Origin: Planctomycetota bacterium
GTDB lineage: Bacteria > Planctomycetota > B15-G4 > JADJEK01
Assembly: GCA_044225365.1 (NCBI GenBank)
Contig: JBGAIQ010000051.1
Span: forward strand, 1-39,901
Length of the DNA: 39,901 nucleotides
Reading direction: 5' to 3'
Under the pieces are notes generated by a model. That model was not told the DNA's origin. It ran no database searches and was given only the letters and a program-made list of their open reading frames with translations. Made by a program: the position numbers and the translations under genes. Shown here in pieces: positions 37,935-39,901 of this stretch. The stretch's first letter is position 1. Each line of letters starts with the position of its first letter.

Positions 37935-39901
37935 ATGAGCGAGAACGAACCGGCCTTCCAGCCTCACGTCAGCGCGTCCGAGAATCCGCCCGAGCTCACC
38001 TTCCGCGCCGTCTTCCTCGGCGCGATCCTCGGCATCGTCTTCGGCGCCGCCTCCACCTACCTCGCACTGCGTGTCGGGCTCACGGTTTCGGCCTCCGTGC
38101 CCTGCGCCGTGATCGCGATCGCGCTCCTGCGCAAGCGTAATGGGCAGCGGGCGATCCTCGAACACAACGTGACGCAGACGACGGCCTCCGCAGGCGAATC
38201 GATCGCCGGCGCGATGGTCTTCACCGTTCCCGCGCTCATCTTCCTCGGCTACCCGCTGCAGGTCGGGATCACGACGATGATCGCGCTGACGGGCGGGCTC
38301 CTCGGCGTCCTCATGATGGTGCCTCTGCGGCGCTACCTCATCGTGAAGGAGCACGGCAAGCTGCGCTATCCCGAGGGCAAGGCCTGCGCCGAGATCCTGA
38401 TCGCCGGCGAGAAGGGCGGCTCTTCGGCCACGAAGGTCCTCCTCGGCGGCATCGTGGGCGTCGGCTTCCAGTACCTCGTGAAGGTCGCGATCGGCGTGAA
38501 GGCCTCGCTCGCGCAGTCGCTCGCGGGGATCTCCGGCGCGATCGCGAGCTGGTTCGGCGCCGCGAATCCCGCGACCAGCTCGAACTTCATGAACAACGCA
38601 TCGCTCTCGTGCGATGTCGAACCGCCGCTCTTCGGCGTCGGCTACATCATCGGGTACCGCATCTCGGTGATCATGGTCGCGGGCAGCCTGCTCTCGGCGC
38701 TCGTGCTCGTGCCGACGATCGCGTTCTTCGGCCAGCACATCGAGGGCGTCGTCGCACCGGGCACGGTTCCCTTGAAGCAGATGACGGCCGACGAGATCTG
38801 GAGCAACTACGTCAAGTACATCGGCGCCGGCGCGGTGGCGACGGGCGGCATCATCGGCCTCCTGCGCGCATTGCCCGCGATCTTCTCCTCGCTGTTCGCG
38901 TCGATGAAGGCGCTCGGCGGCGGCGGCAAGAGTTCCGGCGAACGAACCGATCGCGACACTCCCGCGCTCGTCCTCGCCGTCGGCGCCCTGCTCATCGTCG
39001 GCATCATCTGGGCCGTTCCGATGTTCCACATGAGCCTGCTTGGCGCGGCGCTCATCCTCGCGCTCGGCTTCCTGTTCGCGGTCGTGAGCTCGCGCATCAC
39101 CGGCGAGGTCGGCAGCTCGTCGTGCCCGCTCTCGGGCATGACGATCGGCGTGCTCATGGCCGTGTGCGCCGCGTTCCTCTACCAGGGCTACGCCGGCATC
39201 CAATACAGTCGACTCGCACTGATCATCGGCGCCGTGGTCTGCGTCGCGATCAGCAATGCCGGCACCTGCTCGCAGGACCTGAAGACGGGCTACCTCGTCG
39301 GTTCCACGCCCGTGCGCCAGCAGGGCACGCTGCTCATCGGCGTCATCTGCTCGGTGCTCGCCGTCGGCTGGACGGCGTATCTCCTGAACGAATCGAAGAC
39401 GACCTACGAGCCCGTGACGAAGGCGCTCGTGCTGCCCGCGGATCGCGTCGAACAGGCGGAATCGGTCGATTTCACTCCGCGCAAGAAGGCGACGACGGAC
39501 AATGCGCCGACCGCTCCGGCGCCGGGCGCGGCGATCCTCGACGTCGCGGCGACCTACAAGTTCGTGCGCGTCCGCGACGGCGAGTTCGAGGGCGTGATCG
39601 GCGGTAACTACCTCGTCGATCCCACGACGCACGAGGCGAAGATCCGGCGACTCGACGGGATCGGTTCGGGCGGACTCTCGGCGCCGCAGGCGCGTCTCAT
39701 GTCGGTCGTGATCGACGGTCTCCTGAATCGCACGCTGCCGTGGGACCTCATCCTGCTCGGTGCGGCGATCGCGCTGTTCATCGAGTTGATGGGCTTCGGC
39801 TCGCTGACGTTCGCGGTCGGCGTGTACCTGCCGCTGTCGTCGACGATGCCGGTCTTCCTCGGCGGCCTCGTCCGCAAGCTCGCGGACAAGTGGTACAAGC
39901 G
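37935..39901 (+). CDS. OPT-family oligopeptide transporter, partial (runs off the window)
   Basis: Not in the ORF track because it has no stop. Read by hand: ELTFRAVFLG..YLALRVGLTVSASVP, LRYPEGKACAEIL, SSCPLSGMTI, QDLKTGYLVGSTP, APQARLM, FAVGVYLPLS. Confidence 0.93.
   Translation, partial: MSENEPAFQPHVSASENPPELTFRAVFLGAILGIVFGAASTYLALRVGLTVSASVPCAVIAIALLRKRNGQRAILEHNVTQTTASAGESIAGAMVFTVPALIFLGYPLQVGITTMIALTGGLLGVLMMVPLRRYLIVKEHGKLRYPEGKACAEILIAGEKGGSSATKVLLGGIVGVGFQYLVKVAIGVKASLAQSLAGISGAIASWFGAANPATSSNFMNNASLSCDVEPPLFGVGYIIGYRISVIMVAGSLLSALVLVPTIAFFGQHIEGVVAPGTVPLKQMTADEIWSNYVKYIGAGAVATGGIIGLLRALPAIFSSLFASMKALGGGGKSSGERTDRDTPALVLAVGALLIVGIIWAVPMFHMSLLGAALILALGFLFAVVSSRITGEVGSSSCPLSGMTIGVLMAVCAAFLYQGYAGIQYSRLALIIGAVVCVAISNAGTCSQDLKTGYLVGSTPVRQQGTLLIGVICSVLAVGWTAYLLNESKTTYEPVTKALVLPADRVEQAESVDFTPRKKATTDNAPTAPAPGAAILDVAATYKFVRVRDGEFEGVIGGNYLVDPTTHEAKIRRLDGIGSGGLSAPQARLMSVVIDGLLNRTLPWDLILLGAAIALFIELMGFGSLTFAVGVYLPLSSTMPVFLGGLVRKLADKWYK

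Noticed and set aside
4110-39632. Long antisense or alternate-frame ORFs (e.g. 4110..6413, 6532..9000, 24120..26687, 27637..29685, 29924..32644, 34885..37599, 37707..39632)
   Set aside because: Expected shadows of high-GC codon usage: Arg-rich, without motifs, and overlapping well-supported genes.

Overview
A GC-rich bacterial chromosome window with about 27 protein genes and no rRNA, tRNA, CRISPR array, transposase or integrase that I can support. The gene content suggests Planctomycetota (inference). Housekeeping genes are metG, an alkA-like glycosylase, an RluA-family synthase, a UbiD-family decarboxylase, a trifunctional Aas/LplT, DUF72 and an OPT transporter. They are mixed with two ECF sigma/anti-sigma modules and many exported hydrolases (HEXXH protein, M4/M36-like and M14 peptidases, an esterase, DUF2891). 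The most unusual items are: (1) a ~1390-aa protein with a voltage-sensor-like S1-S4 module but no recognisable pore; (2) a spacer-less array of eight 35-bp self-complementary repeats just downstream of a small membrane gene whose Shine-Dalgarno is locked in a perfect hairpin; (3) a ChaN lipoprotein fused to a degenerate alpha/beta-hydrolase and a chelatase-like tail; (4) two long intergenic inverted-repeat elements; and (5) an exported two-domain protein with one acidic poly-Asp copy and one basic copy. All family calls come from reading motifs by eye; no database searches were run.
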